Assembly (NCBI GenBank): GCA_963701025.1
Contig: OY969557.1
Coordinates: forward strand, 737,953 to 801,952
Length of the DNA stretch: 64,000 bases
Origin: an uncultured bacterium
GTDB taxonomy: Bacteria; Patescibacteriota; Minisyncoccia; Phycocordibacterales; PALSA-1337
Reading direction: 5' to 3'
The notes beneath the pieces were generated by a model. The model saw only the letters and a list, made by a program, of their open reading frames with translations, was not told the origin of the DNA and did not search any database. Of this stretch, positions 1-9,630 are shown piece by piece; positions within the stretch are counted from its first letter, which is position 1, and every line of letters starts with the position of its first letter. The position numbers and the translations under genes were made by a program.

Positions 1-537
1 AAAGAGCTGTACGGCCTGGCTTATCGCACCGATTTCGACTTGAAACAGCACTCTGATTTCAGCAAGGTCGATCTCTCATATTACGACGAAGAGACAAAAG
101 AGCGCTTCATCCCGCATTGCATTGAGCCGTCATTCGGCCTAGACCGCACTGTCTTGGCCATATTGTGCGACGCGTACACCGAAGACGAGATGGGCGGCGA
201 AAAGCGCACGTACCTCAAGCTCGCCCCGTCCGTCTCCCCTTACAAAGTCGCCGTGTTTCCGTTGCTCCGAAATAAGCCGGAACTGGTTAAAAAGGCGCAG
301 GAGATATTCAATATGATCAAAAAAGAGATTCCCGCCGCAGCCTTCGACGACAATGGCAATATCGGCAAGCGCTACCGCCGCCAGGACGAGATCGGCACTC
401 CGTATTGTGTGACCATCGATTTTGATACGTTAGAAAAAGATGCCGGCGTGACCGTGCGCGACAGGGATACGGGCAAGCAGGAGCGAGTGGGGGAAGGTAA
501 AGACCTACTTGACTTTTTGGGTAGAAAGGTGGTATAA
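1..537 (+). CDS. glyQS: Glycine--tRNA ligase, C-terminal anticodon-binding part. The 5' end lies outside the window.
   Basis: The ORF is open from position 1 in the same frame as the listed 40..537 ORF. The C-terminal motifs 'IGKRYRRQDEIGTPYCVTIDFDT' are typical of class II GlyRS. Confidence 0.8.
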   Translation, partial: KELYGLAYRTDFDLKQHSDFSKVDLSYYDEETKERFIPHCIEPSFGLDRTVLAILCDAYTEDEMGGEKRTYLKLAPSVSPYKVAVFPLLRNKPELVKKAQEIFNMIKKEIPAAAFDDNGNIGKRYRRQDEIGTPYCVTIDFDTLEKDAGVTVRDRDTGKQERVGEGKDLLDFLGRKVV

Positions 538-628
538 TACCGCCGTAAGCTCCTTGTAAGTGCTAAAGGAACCGACCGCAACCCGGAGCGTATCCGGCCA
601 ACAATGTATGTGAAAGGATGATAACGGT

Positions 629-1012
629 ATGAAACCGATTACATCAGGACAGAAAGAACAGGTCACTAACTTCATCAAAGACGCCGCCCGCAAGGGTGCG
701 GAAGAGGCGACCGCCGAACTGGAAGCAAACGGTGCTCTCAACGGTGATAACGTCCAGCGAGTCATTGAATCGAAGCAGTTGACTGCGCGGATCCATGACT
801 TCGTAAAGGGACAGCTTGCCGAGCTTGCGGAATTGATCTCCGGCTTCGTCAAACTCATCTCCGGCGCCAAAACGCTGACCCTTGTCAAAATTTATTTTGG
901 CAAATCAGAGGGATTTTTGTATACTGTGACTGCATGCATGAACGTGCGGCGGTCACGGCTTCCGTGTCATGGTCTTAGGACATCTTTCTCGAGAGTCAGC
1001 GCAAGCGCTTAA
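629..1012 (+). CDS. Hypothetical small protein
   Basis: A 127-aa ORF with an RBS-like 'aaaggatgataacggtATG' upstream. No recognisable domain. The C-terminal third looks low-complexity, so the true stop is uncertain. Confidence 0.3.
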   Translation: MKPITSGQKEQVTNFIKDAARKGAEEATAELEANGALNGDNVQRVIESKQLTARIHDFVKGQLAELAELISGFVKLISGAKTLTLVKIYFGKSEGFLYTVTACMNVRRSRLPCHGLRTSFSRVSASA

Positions 1013-1049
1013 CACAGTTTCAATCCTATGCTAAGCTACAACTATAAAC

Positions 1050-1349
1050 ATGATTAACCCAATCAAAAACTTCACGCTGGCGGTCAATTTCATAAAAGAA
1101 GGGAGATCTTTTATTGCATATTCTCCTGCTTTGGACCTATCTACTTCGGGGAAGACGGAGGCCGAGGCACGGAGCAGATTCGAGGAAATAGTTCAGATGT
1201 TTTTCGATGATATCGTTGACCGTGGAGTCTTTGCAGAAGTTTTGACGGAACTTGGTTGGAGTAATAACAAAACATCTTCGCACGCCGGGTGGAGGCCTCC
1301 CATCGTCAGACAGAGGTCTATCGATATAAAAGTCCCTGTGCCGGCATGA
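1050..1349 (+). CDS. hicB: HicB-like antitoxin (UPF0150 family, short form)
   Basis: The motif 'FIAYSPALDLSTSGKTEAEARSRFEE' is typical of HicB/UPF0150. Its stop overlaps the next gene's start (ATGA at 1346-1349). Confidence 0.55.
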   Translation: MINPIKNFTLAVNFIKEGRSFIAYSPALDLSTSGKTEAEARSRFEEIVQMFFDDIVDRGVFAEVLTELGWSNNKTSSHAGWRPPIVRQRSIDIKVPVPA

Positions 1350-1570
1350 AGATTGGTGCGACGAGTTGGCAGAAGTTTGAAAGATTCCTCCTTTCGAACG
1401 GGTGTGAATTTGTGAAGCAAGAAGGAGATCATCGGAAATATCATAAGAAAGGTATATTACGTCCTATAATCATCCCTCGAATAAAAGACATACCGGTTTT
1501 TATCATCTTAAACAATCTAAGGATACTAGGCGTCAAGCGGGAAGAGTATCTTAAGTCGATCAATAAATAA
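1346..1570 (+). CDS. hicA: HicA family toxin (YcfA-like mRNA interferase)
   Basis: The internal Met of the listed 1289..1570 ORF gives a 74-aa product. The motif 'GDHRKYHKKG...RPIIIP' matches the HicA signature (G-x-H-x-K... P-x-H). It overlaps hicB by 4 nt. Confidence 0.6.
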   Translation: MKIGATSWQKFERFLLSNGCEFVKQEGDHRKYHKKGILRPIIIPRIKDIPVFIILNNLRILGVKREEYLKSINK

Positions 1571-1578
1571 GAACACGT

Positions 1579-2229
1579 ATGCACATCAAGAAACTCAAAC
1601 ACTGCTGTCTCGTCATCGACCTCAAAGGCAAAGACGGCAAGAGCAAGCGAATCCTGGTGGACCCGGGTTCTTATAGCGTGGAAGAGCATGACAAAGTGAA
1701 GCATGCCGATATCGTTCTCATCACCCACGAGCACGCGGATCATTTCCATATAGAATCATTGAAAGCTCTGATCAAACGCGCGCCGGACGCGACGATCATC
1801 ACCGATATCGGAGTCGGGGCGATCCTCGCCAAAGAAGGCATAGAGCATCGCGTCATGGAGCACGGCAATGCCATCGATTTGAAAGGAGTCCATATAGAAG
1901 CGTACGGCAAAGATCATGCTTTTCTGCATGAGTCTCTGCCGCTCATGTCAAATATCGGATTTTTCATAGAAAATAAGTTCTTCTTTCCCGGCGATGCTTT
2001 CACCGATCCGAAGAAACCGATAGATGTTCTGGCCCTGCCGGTCGCGGGGCCGTGGATGAAGATTTCGGAAGCCGTCAATTACGCGCTGAAAGTGAAGCCG
2101 CGCGTGGCTTTTCCCGTGCATGACGGAGTCGCCTTTTCCTCGGCGCATCGCATACCAGAGATGGTCTTGGGAAAAAATGGTATCGAGTTCGTCAAGTTGG
2201 AAGAAGGAGGGGAGATTGATTTAGGTTAA
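1579..2229 (+). CDS. MBL-fold metallo-hydrolase
   Basis: The 'HEHADH' (HxHxDH) motif and further conserved His/Asp residues indicate the beta-lactamase-fold metal-dependent hydrolase family. Confidence 0.7.
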   Translation: MHIKKLKHCCLVIDLKGKDGKSKRILVDPGSYSVEEHDKVKHADIVLITHEHADHFHIESLKALIKRAPDATIITDIGVGAILAKEGIEHRVMEHGNAIDLKGVHIEAYGKDHAFLHESLPLMSNIGFFIENKFFFPGDAFTDPKKPIDVLALPVAGPWMKISEAVNYALKVKPRVAFPVHDGVAFSSAHRIPEMVLGKNGIEFVKLEEGGEIDLG

Positions 2230-2265
2230 TTAGGTCAATTAGAAATTTTCTGTTACATTAAAGCA

Positions 2266-3534
2266 ATGAAATTTAGTAAGACCACTCTGTCGAATGGTTT
2301 GCGAATCATCACTGTGCCCATGGCGGATAATCCGTCCGTGACGATCCTCGTCATGGTCGAAGCCGGTTCGAAGTACGAGACCAAGGAGCAAGGCGGCCTT
2401 TCGCATTTCATCGAGCACATGCTATTCAAAGGTACGCCCAGGCGGCCGAAGGCCACCGACATCTCGCGCGAATTTGACGGGCTCGGAGCGCAGTCGAACG
2501 CTTTCACTTCGCAGGAGTTCACTGGCTACTACGCCAAGGCTGATGCCCGTCATGCCGACGCCATCCTGGATATCCTGTCCGACATGTATCTCGATCCGTT
2601 GTTCGACGAGGCCGAAATGAAGAAAGAGAAAGGCGTCATCGTCGAGGAGATAAAGATGTACCAGGATCGGCCGCAGGCCCGCGTCCATGATCTATTCATG
2701 GAGCTTGTCTACGGCGATCAGGCCGTGGGCAGGAATATCGCCGGCACGGAAGAGTCGGTCAGGTCATTAAGCCGAGAACAGCTCATCAGTTACCGAGCCG
2801 AGCACTATGTGAGCGGCGCCACGACCGTCATCGTCGGCGGGTCATTCGACGAGAAGAAGATGGTCAAGAAGATAGAAGCGGCATTTTCCGCTTTGCCTAC
2901 GGGCCCTAAACGAGCCAAGCCGCCAGTCTCCGAATCCCAATCGGCACCTGCCGTCGCCGCCATGTTCAAGGAGACCGACCAGACCCATCTCGTCATCGGT
3001 GTTCGCACCTTCTCCGTGACTGATCGGCGCGACCCCGCTCTATCGATCCTATCGACCGTCCTCGGCAAAGGAATGAGCTCTCGCCTCTTCTCCAAGATGC
3101 GCGACGAGCTCGGCATCTGCTATTACATAAGGACGAATCCGGACTCTTTCACCGACCACGGCGTCCTGACCATCTCGGCCGGCGTGGATAACTCGCGAGT
3201 CGAGGAAGGCATCAAGGGCATATTGGGGGAATGCGCGCGGCTCAAAACGGAGCTCGTTTCCGAGGCCGAACTGAAGAAGGCCAAAGACTATATCGCCGGA
3301 ACGACCATGCTCGAGCTCGAGACGTCCGACGCCAGAGCCGAATTCTGCGGATACCAGGAGGTATTGAAAGGAAAGATCGAATCGCCCGACGAGGCTATCA
3401 GGAAGACGAACGCGGTGACCGCGGCGGACGTGCAGGAATTGGCCCGTGAGATATTCACGGACGAAAGCTTGAACATGGCCATAGTGGGCAGATTCAAAGA
3501 CGGCTCGGCTTTCAAGGATTATTTCAAATTCTAG
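2266..3534 (+). CDS. M16 family zinc peptidase (insulinase/pitrilysin-like)
   Basis: The inverted zinc motif 'HFIEH' and conserved 'LFKGT' are present. A length of 422 aa is typical for this family. Confidence 0.8.
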   Translation: MKFSKTTLSNGLRIITVPMADNPSVTILVMVEAGSKYETKEQGGLSHFIEHMLFKGTPRRPKATDISREFDGLGAQSNAFTSQEFTGYYAKADARHADAILDILSDMYLDPLFDEAEMKKEKGVIVEEIKMYQDRPQARVHDLFMELVYGDQAVGRNIAGTEESVRSLSREQLISYRAEHYVSGATTVIVGGSFDEKKMVKKIEAAFSALPTGPKRAKPPVSESQSAPAVAAMFKETDQTHLVIGVRTFSVTDRRDPALSILSTVLGKGMSSRLFSKMRDELGICYYIRTNPDSFTDHGVLTISAGVDNSRVEEGIKGILGECARLKTELVSEAELKKAKDYIAGTTMLELETSDARAEFCGYQEVLKGKIESPDEAIRKTNAVTAADVQELAREIFTDESLNMAIVGRFKDGSAFKDYFKF

Positions 3535-3571
3535 GCTTTAAATCCTAGCCATCTGGTGCTATACTCTCGAC

Positions 3572-4645
3572 ATGCCCAGTCCTATCGGCGGTTCGACTTC
3601 CATATCGACCGGTACCATCGTGAGGTTTTTTCTCGTGGTCATCATCCTCGCCGCGCTCTACTACCTGCGCGACGTCCTACTGGTCGTGATCGCCGCTGTC
3701 GTCATCGCCTCGGCTTTGGAGCCGATCGTCCGGCGCCTCGGCCGCTATCGCATACACCGGGTCATCGCCGCCGTGCTCATCTATGTCGTGATCGCCGCCG
3801 CGGTCGCCCTCATCCTGATATTCTTCCTGCCGCTCCTCGTCAATGACGCGGTATCGTTCCTGTCCAACCTGCCACGCACCATATCTCTCGACGATGTCTG
3901 GAACCCCATCAGGGATATCGGCATCAATATCGTGCCGTCGTCGGTGGGATCAGGCCAGAACATCTCCGTGGCCGACTTGGTGAGTGGCCTGCAATCGGCC
4001 ATCACCGGCACGACCGCTGGCGCTTTCAAGACGGCCTCGTTCCTCTTCGGCGGCGTCTTGTCCTTCATCCTCATCGTCGTCCTGTCGTTCTACCTCGTCG
4101 TCCAAGAGGACGGCGTGGAGAACTTCATCCGCCTGGTAACGCCATCGGCCAGGCACGACTACGCCATCAATCTCTGGGGACGGGCTCGTAGGAAGATCGG
4201 CTCCTGGCTCCAGGGGCAGATCCTTCTCGGCATCATCGTCGGCGTCCTGGTCTATCTCGTGCTCATGGTCGTGGGCATCCCTCACGCGCTCCTGCTCGCG
4301 GTCTTGGCCGCCGTCTTCGAGCTCATTCCCGTCTTTGGCCCTGTCATAAGCTCGGTGCCCGCCATATTCATCGCCTTTGTCGACCGGGGCCTCGGCACGG
4401 GGCTACTCCTCATCGGCCTCTACATCATCATATATCAGTTCGAGAGCCAGCTGTTCTACCCGCTGGTGGTCAAGAAGATCGTCGGCATATCGCCCATCAT
4501 AGTCATCTTGGCCTTGGTCATCGGCGCCAAGCTGGCCGGCATATTGGGCGCCGTCATCGCTGTGCCGCTCTCGGCCGCCCTCATGGAGTACGTCCATGAC
4601 GTGGAGAAGCGCAAAAAAGAGGAGCATCCGACGACGGCCATTTGA
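3572..4645 (+). CDS. AI-2E family transporter (UPF0118/PerM-like membrane protein)
   Basis: A multi-pass hydrophobic profile and the conserved C-terminal 'YQFESQLFYPLVVKKIVGISP' block, typical of AI-2E/TqsA-like proteins. Confidence 0.7.
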   Translation: MPSPIGGSTSISTGTIVRFFLVVIILAALYYLRDVLLVVIAAVVIASALEPIVRRLGRYRIHRVIAAVLIYVVIAAAVALILIFFLPLLVNDAVSFLSNLPRTISLDDVWNPIRDIGINIVPSSVGSGQNISVADLVSGLQSAITGTTAGAFKTASFLFGGVLSFILIVVLSFYLVVQEDGVENFIRLVTPSARHDYAINLWGRARRKIGSWLQGQILLGIIVGVLVYLVLMVVGIPHALLLAVLAAVFELIPVFGPVISSVPAIFIAFVDRGLGTGLLLIGLYIIIYQFESQLFYPLVVKKIVGISPIIVILALVIGAKLAGILGAVIAVPLSAALMEYVHDVEKRKKEEHPTTAI

Positions 4646-4724
4646 GTAAAATTACTAATTAACCTAACTAACCTAATTTCTAAACATTTAGGTCAATTAG
4701 GAATTAGGTTAATTTGATTATGAC

Positions 4725-6191
4725 ATGAAAAAGCCTTTCTACATAACGACAACCTTGCCGTACGTCAATGCAGAACCTCACATCGGCTTCGCCATGGAGA
4801 TCATCCGCGCCGACATGATTGCTCGGGCACAGAAGCTGGCTGGACGTGAGGTCTTTTTTAATACCGGGACCGATGAGCACGGGATCAAGATATACCAATC
4901 GGCCAAAGCAATGAATCTGCCGTCACAGGCGTACGTCGACAGCCTTGCGAAGAAGTATAAAGAGCTGTTACCGCTTCTCGACATAATGCCGGAGATAAAT
5001 TTCATCCGCACGACTGACGATCATCACAAGCAGGCCGCACAGGAATTCTGGAAGATCGTCGATCGGAACGGCTTTATCTATAAGAAGCATTATGAGACGA
5101 AATATTGCGTCGGTTGCGAATTGGAAAAGACCGATTCCGAGCTGGTGAACGGCCGCTGTCCGCTCCACCCCATCCAGGAATTGGAGATCATCGAAGAGGA
5201 GAATTATTTCTTCAAATTCAGCGCCTTTCAGCAAAAATTGCTGGATCTGTACAAAGAGAATCAGTCTCTCGTCATACCGGATTTTCGCTTCAACGAGGCC
5301 AAGAAGCTTGTCGAAGGCGGTCTTGAGGATTTCAGCATCTCGCGTCTTGCGTCGAAAATGTCATGGGGGATCCCAGTGCCGGGCGATGCGGATCATGTCA
5401 TGTACGTATGGTTCGACGCGCTGGTCGACTATATCTCGGCTATCGGTTGGCCAGATGACACGGAAAAATTCGACAAATGGTGGATAAAAACCGGAGGCAT
5501 TGTCCAATATTGCGGCAAGGACCAGATCCGTCAACAGGCGGTAATGTGGCAAGCGATGCTCATGGCCGCTGGCCTGTCACAGTCGCAGGCGATCGTGGTC
5601 GACGGTTTCATTACCGGCGATGGCGGTCTCAAGATGTCCAAATCTCTGGGTAATACGATCTGTCCATTCGAAATAGTCCGTGAATACGGCGCCGATGCCC
5701 TCCGGTATTATTTCGCCCGCGAAGTACCGCCTTTCGAAGACAGCCCATTTACCATGGAACGTTTCAAAGAGGCCTATAACGCCCATTTAGCCAACGGCTT
5801 GGGGAATCTGACGAGCCGCGTGCTGAAGATGGCCACGAGTAACGGCATCGTTTTCGATGAGCATGTCGCGAAGGAATTCGCCGCTTCGGCCGAGACAAAA
5901 GATCTATGTGCCCGTCAGACGGCAGGCTTCGAAGCTTATGACCTGCAAAAAGCGGCCAATGCGGTTTGGGATCTCATAGGTTCGACGGACAAGATCGTCC
6001 AAGAGCGCCAGCCCTTCAAGAAGATCAAGACCGATAAGACCGGAGCCGGAAAAGACATCAAGGAGCTTCTCGCCCGTCTGCACATGATCGGCACCATGCT
6101 TTTGCCGATCCTCCCGCAGACGGCCGAGACGATCGTTTCCTTGGTCGAAAAGAACGAGATGCCGGCAGAACCGCTCTTCATGAGAAAATGA
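4725..6191 (+). CDS. metG: Methionine--tRNA ligase (short form)
   Basis: The class I motif 'KMSKS' appears as 'KMSKSLGN', with N-terminal 'PYVNAEPHIGFAMEII' and zinc-knuckle Cys residues. Confidence 0.9.
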   Translation: MKKPFYITTTLPYVNAEPHIGFAMEIIRADMIARAQKLAGREVFFNTGTDEHGIKIYQSAKAMNLPSQAYVDSLAKKYKELLPLLDIMPEINFIRTTDDHHKQAAQEFWKIVDRNGFIYKKHYETKYCVGCELEKTDSELVNGRCPLHPIQELEIIEEENYFFKFSAFQQKLLDLYKENQSLVIPDFRFNEAKKLVEGGLEDFSISRLASKMSWGIPVPGDADHVMYVWFDALVDYISAIGWPDDTEKFDKWWIKTGGIVQYCGKDQIRQQAVMWQAMLMAAGLSQSQAIVVDGFITGDGGLKMSKSLGNTICPFEIVREYGADALRYYFAREVPPFEDSPFTMERFKEAYNAHLANGLGNLTSRVLKMATSNGIVFDEHVAKEFAASAETKDLCARQTAGFEAYDLQKAANAVWDLIGSTDKIVQERQPFKKIKTDKTGAGKDIKELLARLHMIGTMLLPILPQTAETIVSLVEKNEMPAEPLFMRK

Positions 6192-6231
6192 CGAGGATGC
6201 GGGTCTTGAAACATAGCACAAGCTTTTCAAT

Positions 6232-7065
6232 ATGAAACTGACCTATTTCGACATCCACGGCCACGTGAACTTCGCGGCCTATGACACGGACAGGGAAGAG
6301 GTCATAAAACGCGCGCAGGATGCAGGTGTCGGCATGATCACAGTCGGCACGCAGATAGACACGTCGAAGAAGGCAGTAGAACTGGCGGAGACTTATGAGA
6401 ACATGTGGGCAATTATTGGTCTGCATCCCATCCACACGTCGAAATCTCACCACGATGAAAAAGAGCTTGGCGAGAGAGGCAAAGAATTCACTTCACGCGG
6501 AGAGGTTCCTGACATTGAAGCATATAAGAAGCTGGCCAAGCATCCGAAAGTCGTGGCCATCGGCGAATGCGGGCTTGATTTTTATCATCTCGACGAAGAT
6601 TCGCGGGCCACGCAAGTAAAAGTATTCGAAGCCATGATAGATCTGGCAAATGAGGTCAATAAGCCTCTGATGCTTCATATCAGAAATGGTTCTGGGCGCT
6701 CCGCCTATAATGATGCATACGACATATTGAAGAACCGGGCCAAGGTCAAGGGCGATCTGCACTTCTTCGCCGGAAGTATAGAAGAGGCGAAGCCGTTCCT
6801 TGAGCTTGGATTCTCATTCTCGTTCACGGGCGTAGTGACGTTCACGCGCGATTACGATGAGATCGTGAGATATCTGCCGCTTGAGCGGATCATGTCCGAA
6901 ACTGATTGCCCGTATGTCACGCCAAAACCTAACAGGGGAAAGAGGAATGAGCCGGCGTATGTCGTCGAAATCGTGAAGGCCATCGCCCGCATCCGCGGCG
7001 AGGATGAAGCCGTCGTTACCCGCCAATTGGCCGAAAATGCTCGGCGTTTCTTTGGACTCGCCTAA
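6232..7065 (+). CDS. TatD family hydrolase / DNase
   Basis: Motifs 'DIHGHVNF', 'IGECGLDFYH' and the C-terminal 'ETDCPY' are present. The position right after metG is conserved synteny in many bacteria. Confidence 0.85.
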   Translation: MKLTYFDIHGHVNFAAYDTDREEVIKRAQDAGVGMITVGTQIDTSKKAVELAETYENMWAIIGLHPIHTSKSHHDEKELGERGKEFTSRGEVPDIEAYKKLAKHPKVVAIGECGLDFYHLDEDSRATQVKVFEAMIDLANEVNKPLMLHIRNGSGRSAYNDAYDILKNRAKVKGDLHFFAGSIEEAKPFLELGFSFSFTGVVTFTRDYDEIVRYLPLERIMSETDCPYVTPKPNRGKRNEPAYVVEIVKAIARIRGEDEAVVTRQLAENARRFFGLA

Positions 7066-7103
7066 ACTCTTCGGACTCGCCTAAGCTACGCCCCCGTGGA
7101 CAG

Positions 7104-7174
7104 ATCTTCATCGAAAATTTATCGGATCTTCATCGTTTCTTGAGGCTTTCTTGAGCGTTTCTTTATCTCGCTCT
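7104..7174. repeat. Intergenic repeat copy A (~70 nt), between tatD and rpsF
   Basis: It carries the internal direct repeats GATCTTCATCG x2 and TTTCTTGAG x2. See copy B at 37220. Confidence 0.6.
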
Positions 7175-7362
7175 GGTATCCTGCAGGCACGCCTCGGAAT
7201 CCGCCAGCCGGTTGACAGGCCATTGCGGGGCGGCCAACGTCATGGTAGGCTCATGTCATTAACAAGTAATCGCAGTTAGTCCCTGGCGACAGGGTTCCGC
7301 GAAAAGCTTGCCTCCGTCAGTCGACGGATGGCGGACCGAAACGGACCACTGGCTGCAACAAA

Positions 7363-7893
7363 ATGACTGAAACTACCCATGAAGACCGCCCGGCGGTCTA
7401 CGAGATCGGATACCTCATCGCCCCTTCCATTCCGGAGGAGAAAGTTCCGGCTGAAGCGGACGCGGTGAGCAAGATCATACGCGATGCCGGAGCGTCGACT
7501 ATAGCCGAAGAGGCGCCGCACCGGATGAAGCTCGCCTACGAGATGCGCCGAAAGACGGTGTCAGGCTCGTACGACAAGTACGATGAGGCCTATTTCGGCT
7601 GGATCAAGTTCGAAGTCGGTTCGGAATCCATCGAGACTGCCAAGAAGGCCATCGAGGCCCACCCGTCGGTCTTGCGAATGCTCCTCATCACGACCACGCG
7701 CGAGAACACCTATCTAGGCAAGCGCGCGCCGGCCATAGCCGCGGAGATCGCCGGAAGAAAATCAGCCGAGGCTTCCGGAGACAGGCAACCTCCGAAAGGT
7801 GTCGGCAAAACGACCGAGGCCAAGAATGAAGCCGCCCCCGCTTCCATCGAAGAGATGGACAAGTCCATTGACGCTATGGTCAAAGAGGCATAG
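7363..7893 (+). CDS. rpsF: 30S ribosomal protein S6 with a C-terminal extension
   Basis: 'YEIGYLIAP...RMKLAYEM' matches the S6 core. It is the first gene of the conserved rpsF-ssb-rpsR order. Confidence 0.8.
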   Translation: MTETTHEDRPAVYEIGYLIAPSIPEEKVPAEADAVSKIIRDAGASTIAEEAPHRMKLAYEMRRKTVSGSYDKYDEAYFGWIKFEVGSESIETAKKAIEAHPSVLRMLLITTTRENTYLGKRAPAIAAEIAGRKSAEASGDRQPPKGVGKTTEAKNEAAPASIEEMDKSIDAMVKEA

Positions 7894-7932
7894 CGGGAAA
7901 AGTAGATATTAAAAAGTAAACAGCAAAAATCC

Positions 7933-8409
7933 ATGTATCTAAATAAAGCATTGATCATAGGAAACCTCACCCGCGACCCGGAGGTGAAGGCCCTGCCTTC
8001 GGGCAACAAGGTCTGCACCTTCAGTCTGGCAACGAATCGCAATTACAAGGACAAGGACGGCAACCGCCAAGAGTCTGCCGAGTTCCACAATATAGTCGTC
8101 TTCGGACGCACCGCCGAGCTCGTGGGCCAGTATCTGAAGAAGGGCTCGCAGGCATGCGTCGAAGGACGCCTCCAGACCCGTTCATGGGATGACAAGCAGA
8201 CCGGAGCTAAAAAGTACCGCACCGAGATCGTGGCCGAGACCGTGCAGTTCGGCAACCGGCCGGGAGCGGGCGCGTCATCTGGAGCATCTGCCGCAGGAGC
8301 TTCGGGCAAAGGCCCCGAGGAAGTCTCGGGAGACGCCGGTCCTGGCGAGAAAGGCGACAAGATAGAATATCCGCAGGAAGAGATCAATCCTGACGACATA
8401 CCTTTCTAG
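7933..8409 (+). CDS. ssb: Single-stranded DNA-binding protein
   Basis: An OB-fold core 'LIGNLTRDPEV...FSLATNR' and the acidic C-terminal tail ending 'DDIPF'. Confidence 0.9.
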   Translation: MYLNKALIIGNLTRDPEVKALPSGNKVCTFSLATNRNYKDKDGNRQESAEFHNIVVFGRTAELVGQYLKKGSQACVEGRLQTRSWDDKQTGAKKYRTEIVAETVQFGNRPGAGASSGASAAGASGKGPEEVSGDAGPGEKGDKIEYPQEEINPDDIPF

Positions 8410-8457
8410 CCACTCTTATCATTCGGACATTATCATTAGATTCGCATTATAACCATC

Positions 8458-8661
8458 ATGAAAAAGCAATGCTACTTTTCACAGCATAATATCAGGCACA
8501 TCGACTACAAGGACACGGAGCTCCTGAAGAAATTCATCAACCCGCACGGCCGCATGATTGCCCGGAAGCGCACCGGCATCAGCGCAAAATACCAGCGTCA
8601 GCTGGCCGCCGCCGTCAAGCGCGCCAGATTCATGGGGCTCCTGCCGTATGTCGCGAGCTAG
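8458..8661 (+). CDS. rpsR: 30S ribosomal protein S18
   Basis: '[13 protein letters not shown]...[10 protein letters not shown]...[19 protein letters not shown]' is the S18 signature. Confidence 0.9.
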   Translation: MKKQCYFSQHNIRHIDYKDTELLKKFINPHGRMIARKRTGISAKYQRQLAAAVKRARFMGLLPYVAS

Positions 8662-9233
8662 TAGTTGTTTACTCTCTCACGATATTCCCCGGTCTCCGTG
8701 TTGATCCTGATAACGTCGCCCTCGTTGACGAATAGAGGAACGTTGATGGTGGCGCCGTTCTCCAGAGTGACCGTCTTTGATCCGCCGGTCACCGTGTCGC
8801 CCTTCACGGCCGGCTGTGCTTCGGTCACCTTGAGGTCGGCGGTTATCGGCAGGCGGAATCCCATAGGCTGGTCTTTGAAGAGGAATTGGCCGACGACGGT
8901 GTTCGGTTTCAGGAATTTTCCTTGCGGTCCGACCTGTTCCTCGGTCACCTTGAAGCGCTTTGACGGATCTTCCGCTTCGGCGAACCACCACTCGCCGCGG
9001 TTGTTATAGAGGTATTTTACTTCTCTCTCCTCGATCTCTGCCTCTTCTACCTTGTCGGAAACATGGAATGAGTATTCCGTGACTTTGCCGGTCATGAGAT
9101 TCTTCAGCTTTGTGGCATTGACCGGCTTGCGCTGCTGTTTGCGGAAAACGTGGGCGGATATGACCTCGTACGGAGTGCCATCCATGACGATGTATTTCTT
9201 CTCGGTGATGTCGCTGTATTCGAGGAGGGACAT
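8658..9233 (-). CDS. efp: Elongation factor P
   Basis: The conserved C-terminal block '[45 protein letters not shown]' matches EF-P domain III. Confidence 0.9.
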   Translation of the reverse strand: MSLLEYSDITEKKYIVMDGTPYEVISAHVFRKQQRKPVNATKLKNLMTGKVTEYSFHVSDKVEEAEIEEREVKYLYNNRGEWWFAEAEDPSKRFKVTEEQVGPQGKFLKPNTVVGQFLFKDQPMGFRLPITADLKVTEAQPAVKGDTVTGGSKTVTLENGATINVPLFVNEGDVIRINTETGEYRERVNNY

Positions 9234-9303
9234 GAGGAATTGGTTATTGTCCGCCGGTTGGCGGATTGATAATTAAGGATTGGCCTAGTCTATAGGGTTT
9301 TCG

Positions 9304-9347
9304 GGGAAAAAGCAAAAAAGAGACGGTGTCTTTTAGTCTACCGTCTC
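9304..9347 (-). terminator. Rho-independent terminator (minus strand) downstream of the small ORF
   Basis: The hairpin agagacggtgtctttt...accgtctct is followed by a T-run on the minus strand (the '+' strand reads ggaaaaagcaaaaaag). Confidence 0.6.
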
Positions 9348-9359
9348 TGGTGTTCAAAT

Positions 9360-9557
9360 TCATTGGCCACCTCTTTGTTGCTCGATTTCTCGAAGCAAAG
9401 CAAGCGCTCGGTCACTTGTTTCGACGGTCATGGTTCTTTTAGTCGCCGTGTTAAACGCGCTTGATGGTATATGGCATGAAAATCCCGAGCCGTCTGGATG
9501 ATGGTCGTCGTAATGGCCGCTGTGATAAAGTGCTTCTGGTGCTAATGATCTTTTCAT
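9360..9557 (-). CDS. Small hypothetical His-rich protein (65 aa)
   Basis: A strong Shine-Dalgarno 'AAAGAGGAG' lies 4-5 nt upstream of the ATG. The gene has its own terminators up- and downstream. The product is His-rich ('HSGHYDDHHPDG'). Confidence 0.4.
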   Translation of the reverse strand: MKRSLAPEALYHSGHYDDHHPDGSGFSCHIPSSAFNTATKRTMTVETSDRALALLREIEQQRGGQ

Positions 9558-9600
9558 AACTCCTCTTTCGTTGTTTATCTCAATGATAACATATTAATCA

Positions 9601-9630
9601 TAAAGCAAAAACCCGCCGAAGCGTGGTTTT
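9601..9630 (-). terminator. Rho-independent terminator (minus strand) ending the recA transcript and its 3' structured region
   Basis: The hairpin aaaacccgccgaagcgtggtttt is followed by a T-run on the minus strand. Confidence 0.5.
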
